From NCBI GenBank assembly GCA_977017645.1, contig OZ360233.1:18290001-18354000 (forward strand): 64,000 bases of DNA. The letters run 5' to 3'. Below the pieces are notes generated by a model that saw nothing but the letters and a program-made list of their open reading frames with translations, was not told the origin of the DNA and searched no databases. This document shows positions 11,254-23,211 of this stretch, one piece after another (the first letter of the stretch is position 1; each line of letters starts with the position of its first letter). Source of the DNA: Torpedo marmorata (lineage: Eukaryota). A program made the translations under genes and the position numbers.

Positions 11254-12083
11254 CATTCTGATAATTTGCAATGACCGCTGTCACTAGGGGCCGCTCTGGG
11301 TAGCCGCCAGCCTATCCTGACCCGCCCATGGAATAAATGCGACAGCGAGATTTCCCTGGTGAGGGTCTTCTCACACGACAGCGTTGAGTAACAGGAGTTC
11401 ATATCTGCTCTGAGAAAAGACGTTTCTCTTCCTCTCAGTCTCCAGTGACGGAGGTTCTGAGGTGGAGGGGAAGAAGACCGAGTGATGCATATTTGGGTGG
11501 ACATTGTTTCGCGAGAGAGCAGCAGCGTCAGGAAAATGTTTGCGAAAGGGATTGAGGGATAGTGTGGGAGAAATAGATAGGGAATCAGACGGGACAGATG
11601 AGAGAGAGAAAGTGAGAACAAATGAGGTAGAGATAGAGAGCGCGAAATTGAGAGTGAGAGAGATGGGAAGTTGTTGGAGAGAAAAAGGGAGAAAGAGGAC
11701 GGGAGAGCGTGTTAAGGATTGCGAAACGTTAAGCAGGTGAAAACGTGAGACAGAGTGAGGTAGAGGAATAGAACGACAGAAGGGGAGAGAGGGTGGAGTG
11801 AGTGAAAGCGAGGGAGGAGATACACAGAGGGAAGGAGAAAGACGCGGTGAATGTACAGATAGAGAGAGAAACTTGCGTGAAGGACGGGAACGAGATGCAG
11901 ACTGTCGTAACAACTCGGTCTGATTGGTTCAGTCATGGTTCAATAATTGCCAAACCAACCAATCCTGTATGAGGGAAACACTCTCATTGCTGTTCCAGGC
12001 GTTTGTCCGCTCATAACATCGACCCACCCCTTGTATAGCGGTAACACATAGAAATATTCGCTTTTGACCTTAATCCGCGTTTC

Positions 12084-12874
12084 ATGTCCCTCCTGAGTTG
12101 TTTTCTGCTTCTATGGACCGTTCTGACTGGTGCGTCTGTCTGATTGGTCACCGACTTCTGACCATCTTCCTTGCTCTCCGTGTCTCCCACTTTAATCTAA
12201 TAAAAGTTCGGTGATACCCCAAGACTCACACTCGTTCTCTATCCCTCCGTTTACTCATTTACACTTTCATTCTGTGCTTACTGATCTCCCTCGCGCGATC
12301 TCTCCCGCACTCTCTCGCTCCTCGTCGCTCTCGTGCGAGGGAAACAACCCCTGTCTCCAAGAGAGGTTCTTCTGCTTCCGACGTGAGCTTGCGGCCTTTT
12401 ATCGGGCGAGTATTTGGAAAATATCGTTCTCCCGAATTTAAGCCGGGCATCATATTCCTCCTGAGTAGTTGGCTGATTCTATGGGCCGTTCTGCCTGGTG
12501 AGACTGATTGACAACTCATTTTGCGTGGATTCAGCGCCATCCAGCGCCGTTCACACATTCTGTGTTGTTCCAGGGGCGAGTGGGAACGATGCAGTGACCC
12601 AAAGACCGCCGGCACTGATAGTCGATGAAGGGCAGATCGTATCACTGATCTGCAGTTACTCGATGAGTGCCGAGGCATATTTCTGGTACATTCAACGTCC
12701 CGGAGAATCAACAAAATATTTGCTAAAAATTTACACGTCAGGAGATGTGGTTCAGTCTCACGATTTTCCGGAGAGGATATCGGGTTCCTTGGAGAAACAG
12801 AGCCAGAGATTCCACCTCAATATCTCAAAAACCTGTGAGGAGGATTCCGCCGTGTATCACTGCGCTGTGGTTTT
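12084..12874 (+). CDS. TRAV: TCR V segment with open V exon (12574-12874); proximal leader has ATG>ATA (12452), upstream leader 12084-12129 is intact
   Basis: ASGNDAVTQRPPALIVDEGQIVSLICSY...WYIQ...EDSAVYHCAVV; RSS CACTCTG 12875-12881 + 23 + ATAAAAACT 12905-12913 (weakened). Confidence 0.65.
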
Positions 12875-13195
12875 CACTCTGTTCCAGGGCGGTGGAGGAT
12901 CCGCATAAAAACTCACCTCGAGAATTTCCATCGCTCGCTGTGGCGAGGGGATGCACTCGGTGACGGGCAGCCAGTCCTGCCCGTCCGCTCAATGGAAGAG
13001 CCAAAACGACCTTCCTTGAGAGTCTGCTGAAAACGGCAACGCCGAGTTGCAGGAGATTTGTGCTCCTCTGAGCGTTTCTCTTTCTCGGCCTCCTCTGTGT
13101 CCGATTCCTTAGTTTGAGGTGGAAGGTAGGAAGTCAGGGAGAGAGAAGGAAATGTATAGCTGTTTCCAAGAATATTGTAGGAAAAGGGAAGGAGT

Positions 13196-13199
<4 letters not shown>

Positions 13200-13234
<35 letters not shown>

Positions 13235-16200
13235 ATTTAATTTTTAAAATCACAAAATACATATATCAAAAAAATAATATATTATTGAAAATACATGTGA
13301 TATATTTACCACCTCCCCTTCCCACCCTCCCCTCCCCAACCCTCCCACGCTATCTAATAAAAAAAGAAAATAGAGTATAAAAATGTTAATTAAAAGGAAA
13401 GAAAAATGTTGAATAATAAAGTTAAGAAAGAAAATTAGTGTTAGTATGAGGAGAAAAACTATTTCAAGCTAACTCTACTTATATATTGGAGGTTACTTTG
13501 TCAGCGGTACTAACTTCTAGAGAATTAATTCATACCCATAATTCTCATGTATGGGCTCCAAATTTCAGAAAGAAATGATATTTGTCTCGTAAATTATACG
13601 TAATGTTTTCCAATGGTATATACGAGCGTAACTCTGCATGTAATCTATCCAAATTTAAATCTAAATCTGATTTCCAAGTAATAGCAATACATTTTTTTGA
13701 AATTGCTAACACAATTCGTAAAAATTATATTTGGTACATATTCAATCTATTTCTAATACTGATTTTTTTAATATCTCCAAACAGAAATATCATAGGGTCC
13801 ATTGGAATCGTAATATTAAGAATTCTATCTAAAAATTCCTTAACTTTAGACCAAAAATTTTTAATTTCCAAACACAACCATGTACAATGTACAAAAGAAC
13901 CTATTTCATCTTTACATCTAAAACACATATCTGACAATGCCGAATTGAATTTCTTTAATTTTTTAGGTGTTATATATAATTGATGAAAAAAATTATATTG
14001 TACTAATCTATATCTAACATTAATAATCTTAGTCATACTCAGTTTACATAATTCTTTCCAGTGTTGTTCATCTATACTAGTGTTTAGATCTGATTCCCAA
14101 TTTAATCTAGATTTATGTAGTCCTACTTTAAACATTTTTTTCTGAAGTAATTTATACATTTGCGATATAAATTTGGTAACATTTCCATTAGTAATTAATA
14201 ACTCTAACCCATCTTGTCTAGGGGATATTAATTGATTCCCTAATTTCTCAACTAAAAATCCTTTAACTTGATAATAAGCCAAAACTGTATTATCCATTAT
14301 TCCAAATTTTTCTTTCAATCTAGAAAAAGTAACAAATCTTCCTGCCTCAAAACAATCTTTAATCTTCTTAATTCCTTTTTGATACCATAATTTTAAAAAT
14401 TGATTATCAATAGAAAATGGTAATAATAAATTCTGATATAATGGCATATTTAAAGAAATTGATCCTTTTCGTCCTATTTCATTATCTAATTGATTCCAAA
14501 TTTCCAATAGATGTTTAATAATCGGTGACTTTTTCTTTTTAATCAATAATAATTTAGAATTCCATTTATAAATAATATCTTCCTTATTTCTTTCTCCTAT
14601 ATTACTCAATTCTATATTAATCCAAGCCGTATTTTTAGTTAAATCAAATAGTTCATTTATAAATTTTAATTGTGCTGCCTTATAATAATATTGAAAATTA
14701 GGGAGTTGTAGTCCTCCCATTTCGTATTCCCAAGTTAATTTATCCATACTTACTCTTGCCAATTTACCTTTCCATAAAAACTTTCTAATAATAATTTTTA
14801 AATCTTTAAAAAAATTTTGAGGAATACCAAAAGGTATAGATTGAAAAAGATATTGAACTTTTGGAAAAATATTCATTTTAATACAATTCACTCTTCCCAT
14901 TAAAGTTATGGGTAAATCTTTCCAATTATCCAAATCCTTCTTTATTTTCTGAAATAAAGGTATGTAATTTAATTTATATAAATTTTCTAACTTTGTATCC
15001 ACTTTAACTCCCAAATATTTAATAGCTTCTTTAGTCCATTTAAATTTTGTAACTTCTTTACATTTAGTATAATCTCCTTGAGATAAAGCCATTATCTCAC
15101 TTTTATCCGAATTAATTTTATATCCAGATATTTCACCATAATCCCTCAATATTTTATCTAATTGTTGAAGTGATTCAATAGATTTTGTCATATATATTAA
15201 TACATCATCTGCAAACAAACTAATTTTATGCTCTTCTACACCTACATTTATCCCATTTATATTGATATCTTTCCTAATCATTTCCGCCAACGGTTCTATT
15301 GCCAATACAAATAAGGCAGGTGACAATGGACATCCTTGTCTTGTTGACCGCGTCAAAGAGAATTTAGATGATATTTGACCATTTGTAATTACTCTGGCTG
15401 TAGGTTCCTTATATATAGTCTTAATCCAGTTTATAAACGTATTTCCAAATCCATATTTCTCTAAAACTTTAAATAAAAACTTCCATTCTACTCTATCAAA
15501 TGCTTTTTCTGCATCTAATGCTATCACTAACGACAAATCCTGTTTCTTTTTTTGTAAATTAATTAAACTTATTAATCTTGCTATATTATCCTTTGAATAT
15601 CTATTTTTAATAAATCCTGCTTGATCTGGATGTATTAAAGATGGTAAAAACTTAGCTAGTCTATTTGTCAAGATTTTTGCCATTAATTTATAATCTACAT
15701 TTAACAATGATATAGGCATATACGATTCTGTTTTTAATACATCTCTATCTTTCTTTGGTATAACTGTGATAATAGCATTTAAAAATGTTTTCGGTAATGA
15801 ATGAGTTTCCTTTATTTGAGTTAATACTTCCATATATATAGGTATCAATACATCTTTAAACTTCTTATAAAACTCTGCCGGAAATCCATCATCACCGGGA
15901 GATTTACCACTATTCAATGATGATAAAGCTTCACCTACTTCTCTCATTGTAATTGGTAAATCTAATGAATCTCTATTAAAACTATTTAATTTGGGCAATG
16001 TAATTTTAGCTAAAAAATCATCAATTTTTACAACATCTTGATTCATTTGCGAAGTATATAAATTTTGATAATACTCTTTAAATGAATTATTTATTTCTTG
16101 AGGTTTATAAGTTATTTCTCCAGAACTTTTCTTTATAGCATTTATAGTTTTAGAAACTTGTTCTTTCTTTAATTGCCATGCTAAAACTTTATGTGCTCTT

Positions 16201-17526
16201 TCTCCCAATTCATAATATCTTTGCTTTGTTCTACCAATTAATTTTTCTATTTTTCGAGTTTGTAATATATTATAATGTAATTTTTTCCCAATTAAACATT
16301 GTCTCTTAGAAATTGTTTTATTTCTTTGAAAATCCTTTTCCATAACTTCAATTTCTCCCTCCAGTTTTTCTTCTTCTTTCACATAATCTTTTCTAATTTT
16401 TGCCGAGAAGCTTATTATCAATCCTCTTAAATATGCTTTTAAAGATTCCCAAATTATAAACTTATCTTCAACTGAATTATTTTTAATTCTTAAAAATTCC
16501 TGAATTTCTTTTCTTATATATTCACAAAAATCTTTTCTATTTAATAAAGAAGAGTCTAGTCTCCAGTTATATACAGTTTTTTCTTTCTCTGGAATTATAC
16601 ATGTCATTAATAAAGGTGAATGGTCCGAAATTATTCTTGCTTTATAAGAAATTTGAGTTATTCTATCTTGAATTTGTGAAGATATTAAGAATAAATCAAT
16701 CCTTGAGAATGAATTATGTCGAAATGAATAAAATGAATAATCTTTTTCTCTAGGGTTTAACTTTCTCCAAATATCTACTAAATTTAAATCATCCATTAAA
16801 TTAATAATTTTTTTAACTATCTTAGGTCTAACAGATGTTCTAGATGTTTTATCCATATTTGCATTAAGACAACAATTAAAATCTCCTCCAATTAAAATAT
16901 TTTCCTTAGCCTCAGATAAATGTAAAAAAGTATCTTGAATAAATTGTTCATCCTCTGGGTTTGTAATATATAAATTTAAAAGAGTCCATATTTCTGAATA
17001 AATTTGACAATGCACTAAAACATATCTACCAGCTATATCCGTCACTACTGATTGTATTTTAAATGGTAATTTTTTACTGATTAAAATCGCTACTCCTCTC
17101 GCTTTAGAATTAAAAGATGAAGCTACTACATGTCCTACCCATTCTCTCTTTAATTTTTGATGTTCTTTATCAATCAAATGTGTTTCCTGTAAAAAAGCTA
17201 TATCTACTTTTAATTTTTTGATATGTGCTAAAGTTTTTTTCCTCTTAATTGGATTATTAAGCCCATTAACATTAATACTTACAAAATTTATACTTCTAGA
17301 ATCAGCCATAATTAAATTTTAAACATTCTCTATCCGTCAGATCCGCCGACGCATCCCTCCTATACCATTGATTACATATTCTCTCCTCAAATAGGATGAA
17401 GTAATAGAAAAGTAAGAAAAAAGAACATCCCATAATTAACACTGGACTATATATCCCAGTGTTACCCCCCTCCGTCGCTCGAGAAGCGGTTCTAACCGCT
17501 AAAGTGGCGGTGGTTTCGGAAAAAGT
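13200..17526 (-). mobile_element. L1-clade LINE with near-complete ORF2, no ORF1, poly-A and TSD
   Basis: Poly-T ~13200-13226; TSD GGGAAGGAGTGTTCTT at 13186-13201 and 17527-17542. Confidence 0.93.
13725..17309 (-). CDS. L1 ORF2 polyprotein (APE endonuclease, RT, CCHC), premature stop near the C-terminus
   Basis: 1194 aa: [56 protein letters not shown]. Confidence 0.92.
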   Translation of the reverse strand: MADSRSINFVSINVNGLNNPIKRKKTLAHIKKLKVDIAFLQETHLIDKEHQKLKREWVGHVVASSFNSKARGVAILISKKLPFKIQSVVTDIAGRYVLVHCQIYSEIWTLLNLYITNPEDEQFIQDTFLHLSEAKENILIGGDFNCCLNANMDKTSRTSVRPKIVKKIINLMDDLNLVDIWRKLNPREKDYSFYSFRHNSFSRIDLFLISSQIQDRITQISYKARIISDHSPLLMTCIIPEKEKTVYNWRLDSSLLNRKDFCEYIRKEIQEFLRIKNNSVEDKFIIWESLKAYLRGLIISFSAKIRKDYVKEEEKLEGEIEVMEKDFQRNKTISKRQCLIGKKLHYNILQTRKIEKLIGRTKQRYYELGERAHKVLAWQLKKEQVSKTINAIKKSSGEITYKPQEINNSFKEYYQNLYTSQMNQDVVKIDDFLAKITLPKLNSFNRDSLDLPITMREVGEALSSLNSGKSPGDDGFPAEFYKKFKDVLIPIYMEVLTQIKETHSLPKTFLNAIITVIPKKDRDVLKTESYMPISLLNVDYKLMAKILTNRLAKFLPSLIHPDQAGFIKNRYSKDNIARLISLINLQKKKQDLSLVIALDAEKAFDRVEWKFLFKVLEKYGFGNTFINWIKTIYKEPTARVITNGQISSKFSLTRSTRQGCPLSPALFVLAIEPLAEMIRKDININGINVGVEEHKISLFADDVLIYMTKSIESLQQLDKILRDYGEISGYKINSDKSEIMALSQGDYTKCKEVTKFKWTKEAIKYLGVKVDTKLENLYKLNYIPLFQKIKKDLDNWKDLPITLMGRVNCIKMNIFPKVQYLFQSIPFGIPQNFFKDLKIIIRKFLWKGKLARVSMDKLTWEYEMGGLQLPNFQYYYKAAQLKFINELFDLTKNTAWINIELSNIGERNKEDIIYKWNSKLLLIKKKKSPIIKHLLEIWNQLDNEIGRKGSISLNMPLYQNLLLPFSIDNQFLKLWYQKGIKKIKDCFEAGRFVTFSRLKEKFGIMDNTVLAYYQVKGFLVEKLGNQLISPRQDGLELLITNGNVTKFISQMYKLLQKKMFKVGLHKSRLNWESDLNTSIDEQHWKELCKLSMTKIINVRYRLVQYNFFHQLYITPKKLKKFNSALSDMCFRCKDEIGSFVHCTWLCLEIKNFWSKVKEFLDRILNITIPMDPMIFLFGDIKKISIRNRLNMYQI

Positions 17527-17663
17527 GGGAAGGAGTGTTCTTGTGATGGAAATTGAGAGATTAAAAAAGTGGTGTGGGTAGGACAGGAGCGTGGCCCCTC
17601 GGCCTGTCCTTCCTAAAATCAACAAGCTCCTTGGTCTTGGTGTCATTAAGAAACAGATTGTTT

Positions 17664-18310
17664 ATACTCCAGGTGGAGCTACGACCCAATCCAATAACTG
17701 CTCTTTTCGGGGTTATTGATCCAGACATAGGGAGTTTTTCTGTACCTGTTCAACGGGTTGTGGCCTTCTCTACATTGTTGGCTTGGAGAGCCATCCCATA
17801 CAAATAGAAAGATTCTAGACCTCCAACAGTGTTTCAATAGTTTTCTCATATTATGTCTTGTTTAAGCTAAGAAAAAATTAGATATTATGTATTTGATTCA
17901 TCGGTGAAATTTTAAGATACATGGCGACCTTTTATGTCTTATTTTCATATGATGTAAGTGTTTCTAATGTGATTAGGTGTATTTACTCTTCCTTTGTTTT
18001 TTAATTTACGGTAGGTACCAAAAATTACAAAATATATATAACCTTCAGGATAAGCTGCTCAGCTGTTTTTCTTTAGTTGTTTTTTTTTAATAGCGTAGGT
18101 TAGGTAGGGTTTTTTTTTGAAAATAAAAAATATAATACTTTTGATTTTTTTTTATTGTCAACTATTGCAGTGGAGGGGGTATCGAATTTATACTGTTTGA
18201 AATTTATTTTAATATATATACTTGTGTGATATTGTATTTTCAATTTCGTTCCCTTTTCTTCATTGTATTGTATTTCTTATAATAATCAATAAAAAAGATT
18301 GAAAAAGAAA
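17664..18310 (+). mobile_element. L1-clade 3' fragment (same family as 44860-46215)
   Basis: Decayed ORF2 C-terminus and AT-rich 3'UTR ending in AATAAA/A-run. Confidence 0.75.
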
Positions 18311-18311
18311 G

Positions 18312-18830
18312 ATTGTTGTTCTGGAACCACCCAACACTGGTGGAGTCGCCATCTAATTTGTAGATTGAGTTGGAGCTGAACTTGGCTGCACAGACATGGA
18401 TGCCCATGTCATAGATTAGGGGACAAAGCAGGCAGCCTTGGAGTGCTCCTGTGTTGATGGTCAGCCAGGAGGAGGTGATGTCGTTGATTAGCACTGTTTG
18501 GGTCTGCCAATGAGGAAGTGAAAGATCCAGTCGCAGAGGGATGGACAGAGTTCTAGATCCTTTAGCTTGGTCATAGGCTATGCAGGTATGAGGGTGTTGA
18601 ACGCCGAGCTGTAGTCAATGAAGAACAGCCCCACGAGAGTGTTCCGGTGGTCCAGGTGATTTAATGAAGAGTGGAGAGTCAGCGATATTGCGCCGTCAGT
18701 TGATCTTTTGTGGCGGTAGGTGAACTGAAGTGGGACCAGGTCCTTCCAGAGATAGGAGTAAATTCGCTCCATAACCAACCTCTGAAAACACTTCATCAGT
18801 GTTGGTCAACTTGCTCTTATTGGGCACGTC
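18312..18830 (-). mobile_element. Rex1/Babar-like LINE RT fragment
   Basis: MKCFQRLV..DLVPLQF..RSTDGAI..FIDYSSAFNT; TGALQGCLL. Confidence 0.8.
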
Positions 18831-18850
18831 GGGGAGGGAGGAGACTGGAA

Positions 18851-19515
18851 GCAAATACACACAGAAATACCGGAGGAACACAGCCGGTCTCGTAGCGTCC
18901 ATAGGAGGGACAGATATCTAACCAACATTCCGGCCTAAGCCCTTTTCCAAGGAATAAGCAAAGCTCAGGAAGGCAGAATAGAAACTGACGACTGGCAGGG
19001 GAAGGAGTCCAGAATAACAGGTGTTAATTGGATATGGATGGAGGAGAAGTGAGAATTGATTTTGGCTCTGTGAAGGGAGNNNNNNNNNNNNNNNNNNNNN
19101 NNNNNNNNNNNNNNNNNNNNNNNNNNNNNNNNNNNNNNNNNNNNNNNNNNNNNNNNNNNNNNNNNNNNNNNNNNNNNNNNNNNNNNNNNNNNNNNNNNNN
19201 NNNNNNNNNNNNNNNNGCGATGGGAGGAAGAACAACGGGGGATGTTTAACGAAAAATTGAGAAGTCGATGTTCATGCGATACGGCTGGAGGTAGCCCAGA
19301 CGGAAGATGAGGTGTTGTTCCTCCAATTTGCACGTGGTCACAGTCTGGCCGTGCATGAGACCACGGACAGACATATCAGAAAGTGAGTGGATCGGCGAAT
19401 TGAAATGGGTGGCCACTGGGAGAATCACGCGTTTGCGGCGGAGAGAGCCGAGGTGCTCAACAAAGCGATCTCAGAGTCTGCGCCCAGTGTTTGCGATGTA
19501 GAGGAGACAAGAGCA
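18851..19515 (-). mobile_element. Penelope-like element 3' fragment (GIY-YIG C-terminus)
   Basis: PVATHFNSPIHS...KLEEQHLIFRLG.LQP...NIDF; N-gap inside; flanked by repeated AGACTGGAA. Confidence 0.75.
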
Positions 19516-19746
19516 GACTGGAAACGGAGCATGTGCGGGAAGGGCAGAGAAAGACAACCAGAGAGACTGCATTTAGACCTGCTCGTTTATATTGGTTCCA
19601 GCGCAGCGTCATCCAGAGGGAATGACCAATCCTGTGCGAGGGAAAGCCACCAATCTCGGAGCGGCTGCTGCTGCTGACGTGAAGTTGTAAATATAGTAGG
19701 ACAAGATGTGAGAAAATATTGTTCTTTTGACCTTCATTCGGGCATC

Positions 19747-20176
19747 ATGTCCCTCAAGAGGTACCTGCTGATTGTATGGGCCATTCTGGCAGGTGAGTCT
19801 CTGTCTGATCAGTCAGTGCGTCCCGCGGATTCAGCGCAATCCCGTGCCGCTCACACACTCCGTGTTTCATTCCAGGCACGAGTGGGGATGAATCCGTGAC
19901 CCAAGGACCGCCGGAAATGACGGCCGAGGAAAGACAGACCGTGCCACTGAGCTGCAGTTACTTGACGAGTCACACCGCATATTTGTGGTACCTTCAACAT
20001 CTTGGAGAACCTCCCAAATATTTGCTGAAAATGTACAGCTCGGGAGAAGTAGTTCCGTCTCACGATTGTCCGGATCGGATGTCGGGTACTTTGGAGAAAA
20101 AGAACCAGCGCTTTCACTTGACTATCTCTGGGGCTCTTGTGGAGGACTCCGCCATGTATTTCTGCGCCGTGAGGCC
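19747..20176 (+). CDS. TRAV: TCR alpha/delta-type V segment, open (leader 19747-19792, V exon 19876-20176)
   Basis: MSLKRYLLIVWAILA-G | TSGDESVTQGPPEM...LSCSY...WYLQ...EDSAMYFCAVR. Confidence 0.85.
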
Positions 20177-20215
20177 CACACTGTTCCTGGGCGATGACGT
20201 ATCCGCACAAAAACT
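20177..20215 (+). other. 23-RSS
   Basis: CACACTG + 23 bp + ACAAAAACT. Confidence 0.92.
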
Positions 20216-20584
20216 CGATTTGAGAATGAGGAAGGTGCCGAGCAGCGCCGCGATTTACCCTTGCGTGAGCAAAGGCGTTTCTCTTCCTCCCCGTTCCGAG
20301 CAAAACGGGGATCAATGTGAACAGCGTTTAACCAGAGGGAAGCGGAGACAGGAAATGAAGGTAAAGAGAGTTAGCGAGAGACTGATATAAATCGACAGAG
20401 AGAGGAAGAGAGGGATTATGTTGAGCAGTGAGAGAGAGAGGGAGTGAATGGGAGGGACGTGATGGACGAAGAGAGACGAAACCGCAGGGAGGGTGACAGA
20501 GAGCGGTACTGAGAGAGAGTATGACAGTGAGTGAATGAGGGATACATTGAGCGAGGCAGATGGGTAGTGAGCGGGAGTGGGTTT

Positions 20585-20641
20585 AGAGAGAGAGAGAGCG
20601 ACTGAGCGAAAGCGAGAGCGAGAGAGCGAGAGCGAGAGAGC

Positions 20642-20679
<38 letters not shown>

Positions 20680-20712
20680 GAGAGAGGGCGAGAGCGAGAG
20701 AGAGTGAGAGAT
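20585..20712 (+). repeat. (GA)n microsatellite
   Basis: Direct inspection; similar GA tracts at ~26260, 26780, 29420, 30950, 35925, 38395, 43020, 57610. Confidence 0.9.
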
Positions 20713-20933
20713 GTGGAGTATACAGAGAGGCGGAGAAACGCGAGGACGGAGAATGGGAGACGGTCGGCATTACCAACCTGCTCAATGGTAGCGTCAACCT
20801 GACCCAACAAGAAATGCTGTGCGACGAAAACGGCCGGTGCGTCCCACGGGGTTGGATGCTCCTGACTTCACCCCATCTCGTATATCGGGGTAACAAGAGG
20901 AAATATTTTTCTTTTGACTTACATTCGGGCACC

Positions 20934-21377
20934 ATGTACCCCCTGATTTGTTTGCTGACTCTTTCGGCCGTTCTGCCTGGTGAGTGTCTGTCTGGCTTGT
21001 GAGCGCGTGACCGCCCGGTTCAGTGATTCGTGTTTCGTTCTAGAGATGATTGGGGAAGATTCAGTAACTCATGGACAGCCGGAACGCATGGCAGAGGAAT
21101 TACAGACCGTGTCACTGAGTTGCAGTTACTTGATGAGTACCTTCGCACATTTTTGGTACATTCAATATCCTGGAGAACCTCTCAAATTTTACTGAAAATG
21201 TACAGCTGCGGCGATGTGGTTACGCCTCAAGATTGCGGAAGAAGATGTCGGGTTTCTTTGAGACAAAGAGCCAGAGGATTCTCTTGACAGTCTACGGGAC
21301 GCTTGAGTCGGAATCCGCCGTGTATATCTGCGTCGTGAAGCCCACTATTCCAGAGCGATGGCGGGTCCGTATAAAAC
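20934..21377 (+). pseudogene. TCR V pseudogene
   Basis: Intact leader MYPLICLLTLSAVLP-G, frameshifted V exon, degenerate RSS (CCCACTA); CTCF-like CCACCAGGGGGCG at 21397-21409. Confidence 0.8.
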
Positions 21378-22259
21378 GAAATCGAAATGGGCAGTGCCAC
21401 CAGGGGGCGTGCTCTTCCCCCAACACAGTGCGGACCAGTGCACAGGACGGAGTCGGCAACTGTGCCTCCGGGCGAGAGTCGTCTCTAAAATGCAGCGCCG
21501 AGGTTTAGCCTCGCGTGATCAAGGACGTTTGTCTCACTCACTGTTACAAGGCGGAGGGGAGGAATTCAGAGAAAAGCGCAGAATCTGGTGGTCCGCCTTT
21601 TGCGAGAGAGGGGGAGAGACAGGATCTGCTGAGATAGGGAGTGAGCGAAAGGGTGAAAGAAGTTCAGAGAGTAAGAAGGTGAGGAGTGAGAAAGAGTGAA
21701 TGAAAGGGAGAGATCGTGATTGACGAAGTGAGATATCACAGGAGGGAGGCAGTGGGGAGGGAGTGGTAAGTAAAGAAGAGTGTGAAAATTATTTAATGAA
21801 GGAGACATTGAGAGTGCAAGAGCGGGAGAGGGACAGAGGGAATGTGTGACAGTGGGAGAAAGAGATTGAAGGGAGGGGAGAGATTGGCAATGCTCTCGAA
21901 AGATTAAATAAGTGTAAGACACAGTCGCGTAGAGTTAGGAAGCGTAACAGAACGCGAGAAGGGGCGTGAGGGTGCAGTAAAACGAGTGAAGGTGATGGAA
22001 AGGGCGGTGTGAGAGAGAAGAAAATAGAGACGTGGGGAGTGTAAATATAGGTGGAGAAACACGTCCGAAAAAGTCGGAGAATGAGAAACGGCCAACATTA
22101 ACAACCAGTTTTCATTGGTTCTACAACGGCGCTCTCTTGAGCCCATGTGCGAGGAGGGCGCCCTCCTGTGTATCCTCGAGGACGGGCTGCTACTAACGAG
22201 ACCCCACTGTCTTATATCGGGGCAGAATATGGAAATATTCGGCTGTTAACCTTCATTCT

Positions 22260-22410
22260 GGGTTCCTCACCATCCAGTAGTTTGCTGATTCTTTGGGCCG
22301 TTCTGCTTGGCGAGTCTTTGTCTGATTGGTCAGCGCGTGTCCCTCCCGGCTCAGCGCAATTCCTCACATATCACACTGTTTCTGCGATATTGCGGAGACG
22401 CACAAAAGTT
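22260..22410 (+). pseudogene. V remnant: leader and partial intron fused directly to an RSS (V exon deleted)
   Basis: Paralogue of 1130-1585 lacking ~309 bp; CACACTG 22372-22378 + 23 + ACAAAAGTT 22402-22410. Confidence 0.85.
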
Positions 22411-22830
22411 CATTTTGAGATGGGAAGTGGTTTGAGAGAAAACGGCAGAAAGAAGACGGGAGAGCGTGTTAAGTATTGCGAAAAGTTAAGCAGGTGAAAA
22501 CGTGAGACAGAGTGAGGTAGATAAATAGAACGAAAGAAGGGGAGTGAGAGTGGATTCACTGAAAGGGAGGGAGGAGATACACAGCTGGAAGGAGAAAGAT
22601 GCGGGGTATGTACAGATAGAGGGTGCAATATGCGTGAACGACGGGGAATGATATGCAGACTGTCTTATCAACTCGTTCTGATTGGTTCACGAATGGCCAC
22701 ACGAACCAATCCTGTGTGAGGGAAACACTCACATATCTGTCCTTGCCGTTGGTTCGCTCATAATATCGCCCCACCCCTTGTATAGCGGTAACACAAAGTA
22801 ATATTCGATTTTGACCTTAAACCGCGTACC

Positions 22831-22876
22831 ATGTCCTCCCTGAGTTGTTTGCTGATTCTGTGGGCCGTTCTGACTG
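22831..22876 (+). other. Upstream (second) leader exon
   Basis: MSSLSCLLILWAVLT-G, GTGAGT donor. Confidence 0.8.
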
Positions 22877-23211
22877 GTGAGTCTGTCTGATTGGTCAGCG
22901 ACGTCTGTCCATCGTCCTTGCTCTACGAGTCTCCCTCTTTAACTTAATAAAAGGTATACGATTCCCCCGAGTCATACCCTCTCCGTCGCACGTTATCCCA
23001 CCGTTTACTCATTTACACACTCTCTGTTTAATGAACTTCCTCACGGTCGCTCTGTCGATCTATCTCTCTCTCTCTCGCTCCTCGCTGTTCTCGTGAGAGG
23101 GAAACGGCCCGTGTCTCCAACAAAGTGTCTGCTGCTGCCGACGTGAATTTGCGCTCTTCTATCGGGCGAACATTTGTAAAATATCCTTCCTTCGAATTTA
23201 ATCCACGCATC

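Noticed and set aside
18918-18960. Possible hammerhead ribozyme in the Penelope-like 3' region (minus strand TTGGAAAAGGGCTTAGGCCGGAAT)
   Set aside because: The core deviates from CUGANGA...GAAA at several catalytic positions; at best a dead relic.
21424-21430. Canonical heptamer CACAGTG downstream of a V pseudogene (also ~58397), a possible D segment or second RSS
   Set aside because: No nonamer-like sequence at 12 or 23 bp and no opposing RSS, so there is no D segment.
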